From a virus (taxonomy: Duplodnaviria > Caudoviricetes), in IMG/VR virus record IMGVR_UViG_3300049137_000165, positions 1 through 38,397 of that record: a stretch of 38,397 bases of DNA; one strand, written 5' to 3'. Every line of letters begins with the position of its first letter. Position 1 is the stretch's first letter. Shown in pieces: positions 26,589 to 36,901 of this stretch. The position numbers and the translations under genes are program-made. A model generated the notes under the pieces. The model did no database searches and was not told where the DNA came from. It saw only the letters and a list, made by a program, of their open reading frames with translations.

Positions 26589-27691
26589 TACTGACCCCCG
26601 TAGCTGTACATGGCGGACGGTTTGAGGCTGACGACGGCTTGGGGGCCGCCCTTGGCGGTGGGCTTGATGGTCCAGCCGGTGATGCGGCACCAGCCGGTGT
26701 ACGACGTCCACGCGTTGTGGATGCGGACCGAGATGTCGTCGCCGACCTGCCAGGAGCCGAACGGCGCCGCAGGGGTGTTGCGCAGGGTTACCTGTTCGAC
26801 GGCGCCGAGGGTCTGCCGCCAGGCGCGTTCCCACTCCACGCGCTGGCGCAGGGTGTCGTTGCCGTTGATCTCGGGGAAGTCGACGGCGGCCTCCAGCCGC
26901 AGGCGGCCATTGCGGACGGCGGAGATCTGCCTCAGTTTCGCCGAGCCGTCGCCGGCGCCGGTGCCGATGACGACCTGCGCATAGTCGTCCCCGGACAGGG
27001 ACTCCTCCGGGTCTTCGATGATGTTCACGCCGGACGCGAAGGTGATGTCGGTGCGGCGGGTGCCGAGCCTCGGCCAGCCCAGCCGGATGCGTTTGACGAC
27101 CGCGGTCTTGTCCGTGTTCCAGGAGCTGGTGCACGTGTACTCGGGGGTGGCCTGGTCAGAGACGAGTTCGTCGACCTGGTCGCCGAGGCTCTTGGTGTCG
27201 TACCAGTAGGAGTGGTGCACCTCGGACGGTGTGCCGATCTTTGAGGTGCTGGTGGTGGTGTCCACGGTGACGCCGAGGTCGCCGTCGGCGATGGACTGCG
27301 CGTACTGCCAGATGTTGCGGATGATCTGGCAGCGGTCCGTGAACACGTAGGGGCCCAGTCCGCCGTGTTCACCGTCCAGGTCGTACCTCTTTTGCAGGTA
27401 CGACGACCAGGAGGCGGCCTCCATCGTGTAGTCGCTGCCGGAGGCGCGCACGTCCCAGATGAGTCCGCCCCACTGGATGTGCCCGCCGGACTCCACGTAA
27501 ATGGCCGTGGTACCGGGGTCGACGAACGCCGGGTTGGAGGCGACCAGCTTCGGGGACAGGCGCCCGCGCAGGTCGCCCGGCCCGGACAGTTCCGGCCCGT
27601 ACTCCAGGTCGGTGACGGGCAGCGCGGTGTGCAGCCACGCCCCGGTGAGGGCGTGCTGCACCATTACCCGGTCCTGCTGGGGGGTGGTCAC
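26588..27691 (-). CDS. Minor tail protein (Tal / baseplate hub-like)
   Basis: Position after Dit; [17 protein letters not shown]...RITGW; GTGA overlap. Confidence 0.75.
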   Translation of the reverse strand: MTTPQQDRVMVQHALTGAWLHTALPVTDLEYGPELSGPGDLRGRLSPKLVASNPAFVDPGTTAIYVESGGHIQWGGLIWDVRASGSDYTMEAASWSSYLQKRYDLDGEHGGLGPYVFTDRCQIIRNIWQYAQSIADGDLGVTVDTTTSTSKIGTPSEVHHSYWYDTKSLGDQVDELVSDQATPEYTCTSSWNTDKTAVVKRIRLGWPRLGTRRTDITFASGVNIIEDPEESLSGDDYAQVVIGTGAGDGSAKLRQISAVRNGRLRLEAAVDFPEINGNDTLRQRVEWERAWRQTLGAVEQVTLRNTPAAPFGSWQVGDDISVRIHNAWTSYTGWCRITGWTIKPTAKGGPQAVVSLKPSAMYSYGGQ

Positions 27692-28626
27692 CGGGGGGCT
27701 TCCTCGAACTGCATGTCGGCGCACAGGGTGGTGCCGGAGTCGACGTAGATGCGTCCGGCCTGTCCGGCGTCCAGTCCGGAGGCGCGTACGCGCAGGGTTT
27801 GGCTGGTGCCCCGGTAGGCGGTGGGGATGGTGAGGGTGTCGGCGATGATCGCCGGGATGCGGCGGGCTCCGCTGCCCTGGTTGTCGTCCAGGGTGATGTC
27901 CTGGGTGGCCAGGCTGGCGCCGTAGGTGGCGCCCACGCGGCCCCAAAAGTTCCCCAGGTCGTAGCGGATCGGCGACACGTCGATCTTCACGATGAGTTTG
28001 GTGGCCCAGTCCGGGACGGTGATGTTCCAGCCGGCCGCCGTGGAGAAGTAGCTGTAGCTGGTGGACGATCCGATGCCGGCGCTGAGGCTGGCCGGGGACT
28101 GCGTGAACACCGACCGTCGTCGGCGCGGGTTCGCGCACGACCGCAGATCGGTGATCATCGCGTCGGTGATGGTGCTGGTGCTCGCCGGGATGTCGATCCG
28201 GGCCAGCGGGACACCGGTCCGGCCGTCCGGGATGGCCGTCGCCGAGCTCGACACGTTGGAGATGACCTGGAAGTAGGCGACCTCATCGGTCTCCGGGTCC
28301 AGGGTGCCCTCGTAGTCGGGATCCTCCACCCTGAGGATCACCATGTCGGACCGGGTGGATCCACCGGTCGCGGCGATCGCAACGTCCGTGGCGCCGATGT
28401 TGCAGGCCGCGTACGAGCCTTGGAAGGTGTTCGCCCTTCCGCGCACCACCGCGGATCCGTCCGCGACCAGGACGCCGCCGCCTGGGGTGGCCCGCTGGGT
28501 GACCTTCAGGTCGTCGCCCTGGGTGATGCCCTCGGCGCCGTTGGCCAGGTCGCGCACCAACATCCGGAACTGCTGCGCGGAGTGGGTGGCGCCATCCACC
28601 AGGATGGGCCGAGGGAACAGGGCCAT
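27688..28626 (-). CDS. Minor tail protein
   Basis: RSDMVILRVEDP...PLARIDIPASTSTITDAMITDLR typical of actinophage minor tail proteins. Confidence 0.8.
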   Translation of the reverse strand: MALFPRPILVDGATHSAQQFRMLVRDLANGAEGITQGDDLKVTQRATPGGGVLVADGSAVVRGRANTFQGSYAACNIGATDVAIAATGGSTRSDMVILRVEDPDYEGTLDPETDEVAYFQVISNVSSSATAIPDGRTGVPLARIDIPASTSTITDAMITDLRSCANPRRRRSVFTQSPASLSAGIGSSTSYSYFSTAAGWNITVPDWATKLIVKIDVSPIRYDLGNFWGRVGATYGASLATQDITLDDNQGSGARRIPAIIADTLTIPTAYRGTSQTLRVRASGLDAGQAGRIYVDSGTTLCADMQFEEAPR

Positions 28627-28638
28627 GTCGGCTCTCCT

Positions 28639-29538
28639 TCAGAGGGCGATGTACGCGTCGCGCCAGGTGACGCGCAGGCGGGCGGAGTTGGTGCTGTCGA
28701 AGGCGGTCCAGCGCATCTCGGACGTGCCCGGAGGGATGGCGAACTGGTCGATGCGGCTGCTCGGGGTGAGGTAGGCGGAAGCGTTTCCGCCGTTGTCCCA
28801 GGTGACGGTGCGGTATCCGGGCCGGGTGTCGATGTCGATCCACCGGCCGGCGGCCAGGTTCAGGGTGGGCAGGGACAGGGCGCGCCCGGATGCCACGTGG
28901 GTGATGGTCACGGTGGCGCACGGCCCCATGACCCGGAAGATGGGCCAGGTGTCGGCGTCGCCTGCGTTGGTCACCCAGCCTGGCCGGTCCGCTGCCACCG
29001 TGCCTGACTGAACGTAGATCGGCGCGGTCACGGGGGCAGCGAACCCGCCGCCGGTCAGCCAGCCCAACGGCAACTCGGTGATGTTGTCCTCGTCCGCGTA
29101 GAACGTCGGGTCCTGGGCGACGTACTCGATGTCCAGCGGCACGTAGCCGTGGATGGCCTGCCGGTACTCCGGGTCCAACTTGCGGATCCGGCCGACCAGT
29201 TGCTTCACCGGACGGCCCGGCCGCTTCATCCGCAGCGTCAGCCCCTGCCCGCCGACCAGCCGCACCGCAGCAGCGTCGGTGACGGCCTGGAGAGAGGCCA
29301 CCATGTCGTGGCAGGCGCCCGGATCCCCGGGGATCTTGATGGCGGCGTCGAACTGCACCTGGCGGGCCGCCCAGTAGTCCGGGCCCGCGAACTGCCCGTC
29401 CATGGACGGCTGGTCCACATCCGAGTCGCGCACCGGTGGCCGGCCCAGGCCGGTGGTCTCGATGACGTCCACGTTGGTACCGGCGCCGATGAGGACACCG
29501 CCGAGGTCGTACTGCCAGTCGTCCAGGTCAAGCGGCAC
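28639..29538 (-). CDS. Distal tail protein (Dit)
   Basis: Immediately after tape measure; DPTFY, NAGDADTWP, IDIDT, WRDAY motifs. Confidence 0.8.
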   Translation of the reverse strand: MPLDLDDWQYDLGGVLIGAGTNVDVIETTGLGRPPVRDSDVDQPSMDGQFAGPDYWAARQVQFDAAIKIPGDPGACHDMVASLQAVTDAAAVRLVGGQGLTLRMKRPGRPVKQLVGRIRKLDPEYRQAIHGYVPLDIEYVAQDPTFYADEDNITELPLGWLTGGGFAAPVTAPIYVQSGTVAADRPGWVTNAGDADTWPIFRVMGPCATVTITHVASGRALSLPTLNLAAGRWIDIDTRPGYRTVTWDNGGNASAYLTPSSRIDQFAIPPGTSEMRWTAFDSTNSARLRVTWRDAYIAL

Positions 29539-32500
29539 GGGCGCTCACCCCTCCCCTGCGGGCGCGGCGGACGGAGCGTCCGACCTGTGCGCCGATGTCG
29601 GCGGCGCTCGCGCCGGTACGGACCGCGGTGACGTTGACGTGGGTGTCGCTGCCGCCGCGGATGATGACGATCGGCCGGGTGGCCTGTGCGTCGGTCAGGC
29701 CGAGACCGAACCTGCTGGCGACGTCCGCGAGCACGGGAAGGGCGTGGCGACGCTTGTTCGGACCGAGGGGCAGGTACGCCTCCCCGCCGGTCTCCGGCTC
29801 ACCGAACTTGATGATCCCGTCTCGGGTGCCGTAGATCCCGGCCCGGATGCCGCCGTTGGCGTACGCCTTGCCCGCGTTGGCGTTCTTCAGGTCGGCCAGG
29901 AACCGGTCGGAGCGCGATCCGAGAGACGACTTGATCTGGCTGCGGGCCTTGTTCGCCACGGCGATGATCTCATCTTCGCCCAGGCTGGTGGCCGCGGCGA
30001 CGTCGTGAATGCCGGTCTTGTTTGTCTTGATCGCTGCGATGATCTGCACCAGCTCGCTGACCTGCTCGGACGTGAGCGCGTTGTTCGCGGTCTTCGCTGC
30101 TGCGTTGGCCTTGGCCGCCTTGCTCTTGTCCTTCGATGCGGCGTCGGCGAGCTGTTGGGCTGCGGTGTCGCCCTGCTCGGCGAGTTGGGCTGCGAGGTCG
30201 CCGTAGCCCATGGCCGCCAGCTTGGCGAGGTCGTCGGCGAACTCTTTGTTGCTGGTGTTGGCCTTGCCCAACTGGCGGGTGTAGTCGGTCAGGCTGGCCT
30301 TGGCCGTCTTTTGGAGGTCGCGCAGGGCCTTAGCCATGTCGTTGATGTACTTCGTGGAGCCGTTGGCCATTTTGTCGGCCAGCTTCATGCCGTCCTGCCC
30401 CATCGCGGCCAGGGCCTCGGCAACATCCCCGCCGACCCGGTCGGCGACCTTCTGAAGGTCCGCGTTCCATGCCTGGGTCGCCTTCGCGGCGGACTTCAAC
30501 TTCTTCTCCACCGCGCCGACGTCGAAATACTCGACCTCCTTGACCTTGCCCTTGACCTTCACCTTCTTCGTCTTGTGGCCGGCCTGCCCGGCGTCGGAGG
30601 CGGAGTACAGGGACCCGGTCTGCGGGTCGTAGCGCCAGTCGGTGACGGATCCGTCCGCATTCCACTGGATGGCCGCCGGGTCGCCGCCGAGTCGGCGCAC
30701 GATCTCCTCGGTGATGGCTCGGGAGCGGGTCCGCTTCGACATGGCGAACGGCACGTAGCCCTCGCCGCCGGTCTCGGGCTCACCCCACACCCGCCACGAT
30801 CCGGCGGGGGCGATCTGCGCGACGTGGTTCTCGGCTCCGGCTGCGAAGTGGCGGATGCCGCCGCGCTGGATGCCGCCGTCGGCGTAGTAGTCCACGACAG
30901 CGCCGTCCGCATAGTCACGGTGAGCCGGAGCCACCTTGCTGGGTGTCCCCTGCGTGGTGAAGACGGTCTGTCGGACGGTGGTGATGGTGTTCGTGGTGGA
31001 TGTTCTGGCGGTCTTGCCGTCCAGGCTGTCCAGCGCCCTGCGGACCGCGTCGATGTTCCCGATGGCCTCCCCGTTGGCCGTGTACACCTCGGTCTGGCCG
31101 TTGGGCAGCTGCCGGGTCTTCAGGCCCACCTTCTCCAGGGCGGCGATCGCGGCCGCGTTCAGCGTGTCCACCGTGACCGTGTGCGCGTCGGGAGTCGCCT
31201 TGATCGCAGCCTGCACCGATTCCAGGCCGCGCTGCGCCTCTTCCTTCTCCATCTTGATCAGGGTCGTTACCTGCTCCGGCGTACCGAGCAGCGTGTTCAC
31301 GTACTCGCGGGCCTTCTTGGTGTTCCCGCCGAACGCGTCTGTGGCCAGGCGCATCATCTCGGCGCGCAGCCCGCTGGACTTCTGCGTCATCGAGGTCAGG
31401 GAGTCTCCGGCCGCGATACCCGAGGCGATGAGTTCGTCCTGCGCGGCCGCCGCCGCCGACATCGCGTCACGGTTCGCCCGGCCCGCCTCGGTGTCCGCGC
31501 TGAGCGTCGCACCGTGCTCCTTGAACGAGGCGGTCAGGTCATCAACAGCCTTACCGAACTGGGTCTCCGCGTCGTGGGCCGACCGGTTCACCTCGTTCAA
31601 AGCCAGGATGCTGGCCCGCAGGCCGTCCGCTGCGCCCTTCTGCGCGTCCAGTTTCGCCGAGGTGTCGGCGGCTGCCTGGCCGAAGATGCCCATCGACCTG
31701 GCCGTCAGCTCGGCCTCGTACTTGGCGTCTGCCAGGGCTGACGTGTACTGCGGGAACAGTTCCTGGATCTCCTTGGTGGTCTTCCCCGAGGCCCGCAGGG
31801 CGGTCTCGAACTTCTTGAAGTCCTCCGCGGCGGCCTCAGCGTGCCCGCCCTTCGCCAGGTCGGCGAACGCCTGGTCGAAGGCCGCGAAGTCCTCCTTGGT
31901 CGCCGCGAGGCTTTTCGTTCCGTTGACCAGGTCATCGACCTTCCCGGCCAGCTTCTCCACGATCGGCCCGCCCGGGATCAGGTCGAGGAACGGCTTGGCG
32001 GTGTCGGCGTCCTTGGCGGCCTGGTCCATCTGCTTGATCTTCGCGATGAAGCCGTCCATGTCACCGAACGTGGACTTGAGTTCGCCGCTGAACTCGCCTG
32101 ACGTGGCCAGGCCCTTCAGCGACGTCGCCAGCCTGTCGACGTTCGGCGGGGCGCCGCGCGACATCTCCGCCAGCTTGTCGATGCCCAGGGCCAGGCCGAC
32201 GACCCCGGCCGCGAGGATGCCGAACTTGGCAGTGCTGGAAAGGGACGCGAAGGCCGCCGACAGGCCGGCGATTCCGCCGCCCGCTGCCGCGGAGGCGGCC
32301 CGTAGCGCGGCGATCCTGACACCCAGGGTGGCGACACCCCCGGCCACCGCAGCCGCCCCAGCGCCCGCCAGCTGTATCAGCTTCAGCCCGGCGGCCACCT
32401 GGATCAGGATGCCGATCAACTCCGGGGGCAGCGCCGACACCAGGCGGGCGACCGCGTTGACCAGGTTCAGCATCGTCGGACCGGCCTCGGCCGCGCCCTC

Positions 32501-33598
32501 GAACAGGTTGCCGACCGCGTCCCCGAGGTTGCCGAGGGTTTCGCGGGCTTCGTCGCCGTGGGCGTTGATGTAGTCCAGCACCCCCGAAAGCGGGCCCTCG
32601 GCCTTGCCTTCGGACAGCAGCCTCAGGACGTGGACGAGCTTGTCGCCCATGCCGTCCAGGGTCCGGTCGGTGAAGTCCGCGAACCGGTCGGACACGGCGT
32701 CGAAGCCGGGTGTGGCGACGGCGCCGCTGGCCAGAGTGATAGCCCGGTCCAGTTCCCGGGACATCGACTTCACCTGCGGGGTCAGGTGCGGCAGCAGCTG
32801 CTCCATCAGGGCGAAGGAGTGGATGACGGGCTGCATGGTGTCGCCGGACAGGCTGTCCGACCACTGCCGGTAGGAGTCCTTCAAGTTGGTCAGGGCCGCC
32901 GCCGCTTCCTGCGCCGCCGGAGGCAGAGCGGCCAGCTGCTTCTGGTAGTCCAGTTGCGCCGTGGCCGCTTCCGCGGAGCCAGCGCCGTGCTCGCGCACAG
33001 CGTCCTGGTACTTCTGCTCGGCTTCCGTGACCTCGGTGAGGGGGCCGATCTGTCCGGCGACCGCGATCCCGAATGCGGCCATGCCCGCCCCGGAGGCGGC
33101 CAGCAGACCCGGCAGCGGTGCCAGCGCGGTGGTCAGCGGAATGATGGCCGGGGACAGCAGGAGCAGGCCCTTCAGGCTTCCTGCCGCCCCGCTGCTGCTG
33201 CCCGAGTTGTTGTTCAGAGTGGTGTTCAGGCCGTTCAGCGCGCTGGTGTCCGGGTTGATGCGGACGGTGACGGTCTGGTTGACCGACGCCCGGCGCACAG
33301 CGGCGGACACGTCGCGGCGTAGCTGCGCGGGGTCCGCCACCCGCAGGTTGACGGCCAGCCCTTGCCCGGAACCGGCGTCATTCAGAGCAGCCCTCACGTC
33401 GTTGCGGAGGCTGCTGGCGTCGACGCGGACGCGCAGGCGGATGCCTCTGCGGGCGGAGTTGCGGAGCTGGTCGATGTCGCGGCGCAGCGCGTTCACGTCG
33501 CGTGAGGCGGCGCGGGCCTCACGGGCGGTTTGCCGCAGGGTGCGCGACAGGTCGGAGCCCTGCCCGGTCAGCCGGACACTGAGGTTCCATTCGGACAT
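29528..33598 (-). CDS. Tape measure protein (1356 aa)
   Basis: Long Ala-rich helical ORF after the tail chaperones, with hydrophobic segments and two GEPETGGE motifs. Confidence 0.92.
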   Translation of the reverse strand: MSEWNLSVRLTGQGSDLSRTLRQTAREARAASRDVNALRRDIDQLRNSARRGIRLRVRVDASSLRNDVRAALNDAGSGQGLAVNLRVADPAQLRRDVSAAVRRASVNQTVTVRINPDTSALNGLNTTLNNNSGSSSGAAGSLKGLLLLSPAIIPLTTALAPLPGLLAASGAGMAAFGIAVAGQIGPLTEVTEAEQKYQDAVREHGAGSAEAATAQLDYQKQLAALPPAAQEAAAALTNLKDSYRQWSDSLSGDTMQPVIHSFALMEQLLPHLTPQVKSMSRELDRAITLASGAVATPGFDAVSDRFADFTDRTLDGMGDKLVHVLRLLSEGKAEGPLSGVLDYINAHGDEARETLGNLGDAVGNLFEGAAEAGPTMLNLVNAVARLVSALPPELIGILIQVAAGLKLIQLAGAGAAAVAGGVATLGVRIAALRAASAAAGGGIAGLSAAFASLSSTAKFGILAAGVVGLALGIDKLAEMSRGAPPNVDRLATSLKGLATSGEFSGELKSTFGDMDGFIAKIKQMDQAAKDADTAKPFLDLIPGGPIVEKLAGKVDDLVNGTKSLAATKEDFAAFDQAFADLAKGGHAEAAAEDFKKFETALRASGKTTKEIQELFPQYTSALADAKYEAELTARSMGIFGQAAADTSAKLDAQKGAADGLRASILALNEVNRSAHDAETQFGKAVDDLTASFKEHGATLSADTEAGRANRDAMSAAAAAQDELIASGIAAGDSLTSMTQKSSGLRAEMMRLATDAFGGNTKKAREYVNTLLGTPEQVTTLIKMEKEEAQRGLESVQAAIKATPDAHTVTVDTLNAAAIAALEKVGLKTRQLPNGQTEVYTANGEAIGNIDAVRRALDSLDGKTARTSTTNTITTVRQTVFTTQGTPSKVAPAHRDYADGAVVDYYADGGIQRGGIRHFAAGAENHVAQIAPAGSWRVWGEPETGGEGYVPFAMSKRTRSRAITEEIVRRLGGDPAAIQWNADGSVTDWRYDPQTGSLYSASDAGQAGHKTKKVKVKGKVKEVEYFDVGAVEKKLKSAAKATQAWNADLQKVADRVGGDVAEALAAMGQDGMKLADKMANGSTKYINDMAKALRDLQKTAKASLTDYTRQLGKANTSNKEFADDLAKLAAMGYGDLAAQLAEQGDTAAQQLADAASKDKSKAAKANAAAKTANNALTSEQVSELVQIIAAIKTNKTGIHDVAAATSLGEDEIIAVANKARSQIKSSLGSRSDRFLADLKNANAGKAYANGGIRAGIYGTRDGIIKFGEPETGGEAYLPLGPNKRRHALPVLADVASRFGLGLTDAQATRPIVIIRGGSDTHVNVTAVRTGASAADIGAQVGRSVRRARRGGVSARAA

Positions 33599-33616
33599 TG
33601 GCGGGCTCCTTCCTGC

Positions 33617-33991
33617 TCAGTGGTGGGTGCGCTGGACTTCCAGGGCGGCGTGCACGCTGGTCGGGACCAAAAAGACCTTCACGCCGTGCCCCTCGTCACC
33701 GTCGGGGACTTCCTTCTGCTTGTCGGCCAGGAGCTGGCAGCCGATGCAGCGGTGCGTCGAGGCCCGGTAGGCGTCCTCGTCGCCGCCGGCCTGCTCGTCC
33801 CACTCCTCAGGCCGGGTGCCGCATGAGGAGCAGACCTGCTTGAGGTAGTCCTCGTAGGCGAGGGCCTTGCGCCGGTCCAATTCGGTCCAAGTGCCGTCGC
33901 TGTGCCCGCGGAAGTAGCTGTGCGGGATCCGGTACTCCCGACACAGCCGCATCTCGTCACGGAACCGGGCATCTTCAATCAGCCTTTTCCC
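33617..33991 (-). CDS. Tail assembly chaperone, -1 frameshift extension (gpT-like part of gpGT)
   Basis: Open -1 frame PGKRLIEDARF... starting at the slippery site; CSSCG and CIGC. Confidence 0.8.
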   Translation of the reverse strand, partial: GKRLIEDARFRDEMRLCREYRIPHSYFRGHSDGTWTELDRRKALAYEDYLKQVCSSCGTRPEEWDEQAGGDEDAYRASTHRCIGCQLLADKQKEVPDGDEGHGVKVFLVPTSVHAALEVQRTHH

Positions 33992-34512
33992 AGGTCGGTC
34001 CGCTTGCGGCGCTGAGCCGACCAGGCCGCACCCCACAGGTCATCGGAGTCCGACAGAGACCACTTCTTCAGCGCGTTCGCCGCGTACTCGACAGGCATCC
34101 CGTCCACCGATGAGGCGGAGATCAACTCCGGTGCGAAGGTGTCGAAGTGGAAGTCGGTGCCCTTCTCCTCGTCCTCCTCCGTGGCCGGATGCTCGGCCAG
34201 CAGCCGTTCCAGGTGGTCGCGTTCGAGGGCCTGGAAGGTGAGGTAGACCGTCTGGGCGTCGTACTCCGGCTTGACCTCATCCAGTTGGTCCTGCGCCTCT
34301 TTGACCTTCTTTTCCACCAGGGCTCGGGCGTCCTTGTCGGCGTCCTTGCCCAGGGACTTCAGGTACTCGTCTGCGCGTGTGTGGGTCTGGACGGCTGCTT
34401 GGTAGCGGTCGCGGAGGTCGGCGTCTGCGCACAGCGCCAGAGTCCTGGTGGGCTTGGGCAGGTCGTTGAGACGCTTCTCGAGCGCTGCCCAACCGTTGGT
34501 GTTGCTGGTCAT
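33979..34512 (-). CDS. Tail assembly chaperone (gpG-like)
   Basis: Between tail tube and tape measure; GGAG RBS before ATG 34512. Confidence 0.8.
   Translation of the reverse strand: MTSNTNGWAALEKRLNDLPKPTRTLALCADADLRDRYQAAVQTHTRADEYLKSLGKDADKDARALVEKKVKEAQDQLDEVKPEYDAQTVYLTFQALERDHLERLLAEHPATEEDEEKGTDFHFDTFAPELISASSVDGMPVEYAANALKKWSLSDSDDLWGAAWSAQRRKRTDLGKG
33985..33991 (-). other. Programmed -1 frameshift heptamer G GGA AAA
   Basis: XXXYYYZ in the correct phase, one sense codon before the chaperone stop. Confidence 0.85.
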
Positions 34513-34621
34513 CGGTGGCTCTCCGAGGGGGAAGGCCCGACCGGGCGCGCGTAGCGCCCTTCCCGAGTACGCCACGGACCCGGCCGGGGGTCTGTTGGGG
34601 TGTGCGGAAGGAGCGGCCGGA

Positions 34622-35086
34622 TCAGGACGGGACGGTGCCGTTGAGCAGCGGACGCGCTGTGATCACGAACTGGACGTTGATCTTTGCGGCTTCGTTGTCC
34701 GTGGAATACGGCTTGGAGTTCGACGACACCTTGATCGGGAAAACGTCCATGCCCTTGGCTGCGGCCGTCTTCCCCTTCGAGAAGATGATCACGTAGCCGA
34801 CGGTTCCCTTGGCCAGGTCCGTTTCGACATCGTCGGTGACGGAGTCCTCGTAGAAGCCTAGGCTGGAGTCGGGCGCCGAATCGTCCCCGTCGATCTTGCC
34901 GACGAAGGTGGACGCCATGTCCGGCGTCTCGATCGGGCTGTTCTCCAGGTTCCAGCCGTCGATGCTGTGGATGTGCTGCGTCCAGTCCGTACCTGCGGTG
35001 ATCTCAGCGGTGGTCGGGATCAGCGTGGTCGCGGCGATCGTCGGCACGTAGTAGATCTTGGTGACGCCTTTGCGGTTGAACCTCAT
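34622..35086 (-). CDS. Major tail (tube) protein
   Basis: KIYYVPTIA...PTTAEITAG...ETPDMASTF pattern; position; strong codon bias. Confidence 0.8.
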   Translation of the reverse strand: MRFNRKGVTKIYYVPTIAATTLIPTTAEITAGTDWTQHIHSIDGWNLENSPIETPDMASTFVGKIDGDDSAPDSSLGFYEDSVTDDVETDLAKGTVGYVIIFSKGKTAAAKGMDVFPIKVSSNSKPYSTDNEAAKINVQFVITARPLLNGTVPS

Positions 35087-35207
35087 GGTGGCCCCTCGCG
35101 GATAGGGGCCAAGAGGGGGCCCCTGCTACACGTGTTGGTGTGGCGGCCACCCGCCTGGGGGTGGCGTCCGCGTGGGGTCCCGCCGCGGTGCGGTCTGCCG
35201 CCTGATG

Positions 35208-35675
35208 TCAGGCGGTCTTCACCAGGTACAGCCGGTACCTGATCACACTGGTGATGATTGCATCGTTCGGGTCCCGTGTTCCCCCCGCTTCCCGGGCCTC
35301 ACGCCGCCAGCAGGACACACCCGCTCCTACGTTGAGATCGTGCGCGTAGCCGGGGCTTCCATCGGCGGGGCGCTCCACCACCTCCCAGCCGCGGTCGGCC
35401 ATCCACTGCGCCTGCTCGTCACCGCCCCGGCTGTCGGGCGCACCCGGGAGGGGGCCGGACACGTACGTGGCCTGGTAGTCGACGATGGCGGCCTTGTTGT
35501 CGTCGGCCAGGGTGTTGTCGTCGTCCAGGCGGCCCAGGGGGTCCAGGATCGTGTACGGGGGCGGGACGGGATGCCCGTTGGCGTCCAGGGGGACGGTGCG
35601 ACGGCCGACGGGCCGGCCGGTGAGTTCCTCCAGGAGCGCCTTGAAGCCGTCAGTGACGGGCAGCCTGTCGATCAC
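35208..35675 (-). CDS. Putative tail terminator
   Basis: PPYTILDP, YQATYVS; position before the tail tube gene. Confidence 0.65.
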   Translation of the reverse strand: MIDRLPVTDGFKALLEELTGRPVGRRTVPLDANGHPVPPPYTILDPLGRLDDDNTLADDNKAAIVDYQATYVSGPLPGAPDSRGGDEQAQWMADRGWEVVERPADGSPGYAHDLNVGAGVSCWRREAREAGGTRDPNDAIITSVIRYRLYLVKTA

Positions 35676-35676
35676 G

Positions 35677-36069
35677 TCACTCTCCGAACATCCGGTCCAG
35701 GGACTGGTGGAAGGCTCGTTCGTAGTCCTCCGACAGCTCGTTCACGGCAGGCTCGACGTGCGGGAACGGGGGCTGTCGATAAAACCGTCCGAGGGAGTCG
35801 TACATGTTCATGAACCCGTACTCCAGGCGGCGACCCTGCGGCTCCCGGGTGCCGACCTCCACTCCCCCGCCGTCGGGGACCGGGAACGGCTCCGGCTTCC
35901 ACGACCCGCGGTAGTCACCGCTGATCACGTTGGGCCCCGGCCGGCCGGACGCGTTCTCCATGATGAGCGCACGCAGAAGACGGCCCTGCTGCTGCACCGT
36001 ACGGTCCGTCTCCGGACCGACACGGCCGGCAGCACGCTCCAAGCGCGACGCCAGGTCGTCGAGGTCCAT
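35677..36069 (-). CDS. HK97 gp10-like tail completion protein
   Basis: SGDYRGSW, RRLEYG, QPPFPHVEPA. Confidence 0.75.
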   Translation of the reverse strand: MDLDDLASRLERAAGRVGPETDRTVQQQGRLLRALIMENASGRPGPNVISGDYRGSWKPEPFPVPDGGGVEVGTREPQGRRLEYGFMNMYDSLGRFYRQPPFPHVEPAVNELSEDYERAFHQSLDRMFGE

Positions 36070-36509
36070 CACACCTCCCCTGTACCGGCGATCTGGTCCA
36101 GCATGGTGATACGGACGACGCCGAGGGTTCCGGCGATGGCCGGGTCCTGCACCCGCCACTGCCGGCCGAGCAGGGACAGGTCCCCTCCCGTGTGCACGGT
36201 GACCACGGTGACCAGGGTGTCCTTCGCGGCGATCGGCGCGTCCAGCGGGGTGAACATCCGGTACCTGGAGCGGGTTTCCGACACCCACGGCAGGTTCGCG
36301 TTCGGGGTGGACGCGGTCACGTCGGCCGTGTACGCGCTCTGCACCGCGCCGCGGCCTTCGTACACCAACTGGCCTTCCGGGTACACATACTCGCCGGTGA
36401 CGGGGTTGAACACGGGCGGCCCGGAGGCCGGGGTGGTGATGCGTACGGTGTCCAGGAGGATCAGGTCCTCCACGACCGGGACCAGCCCGGACAGGTCGAT
36501 GCCCGCCAT
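36069..36509 (-). CDS. Head closure / DUF6093-like protein
   Basis: DTVRIT...NPVTGE...VYEGRGAVQ; TGATG-coupled at both ends. Confidence 0.7.
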   Translation of the reverse strand: MAGIDLSGLVPVVEDLILLDTVRITTPASGPPVFNPVTGEYVYPEGQLVYEGRGAVQSAYTADVTASTPNANLPWVSETRSRYRMFTPLDAPIAAKDTLVTVVTVHTGGDLSLLGRQWRVQDPAIAGTLGVVRITMLDQIAGTGEV

Positions 36510-36901
36510 CAGGAACCGCCCCCGCCCCGCGCCCACTCGGTCAGGGTGGCGAGCATGGCCCGCGCCGTGGCACCTTGCCCGCCGCCGTAGTCGGCCCGGT
36601 TGAGGGCCTCCTGGTCCAGCAGGACGGGGTCCACCTCGGAGAGGAACGCGGCCACGATCTCGCCGGGGCTCTTGGTGACACCGACCGCGACCCGAGCCAA
36701 GCCATCGAACTGGGCGCCAGCGGGCTGCCGGGTGTGCACAACCAGGGTGGGCAGGACGCCACCCTGGATGTCGTGGTGCAGGCTGTACCCGGTGACCTGG
36801 TCCGGCGGCAGAGTGGTGCCGTCGAGGGCGATGGTGGCGTGGCCGGGCTGCGCGTCGATACGGACACCGCGCGCCTGCGGCTCTGCCGGCTGATCGGTCA
36901 C
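36509..36901 (-). CDS. Hypothetical protein (130 aa)
   Basis: Overlapping start and stop with neighbours; good codon bias. Confidence 0.65.
   Translation of the reverse strand: MTDQPAEPQARGVRIDAQPGHATIALDGTTLPPDQVTGYSLHHDIQGGVLPTLVVHTRQPAGAQFDGLARVAVGVTKSPGEIVAAFLSEVDPVLLDQEALNRADYGGGQGATARAMLATLTEWARGGGGS

Noticed and set aside
18326-33770. Long + strand ORFs (e.g. 18326-20515, 21211-22485, 29402-31741, 30936-32573)
   Set aside because: Antisense shadows of well-supported minus-strand genes; expected in high-GC DNA, with no motifs
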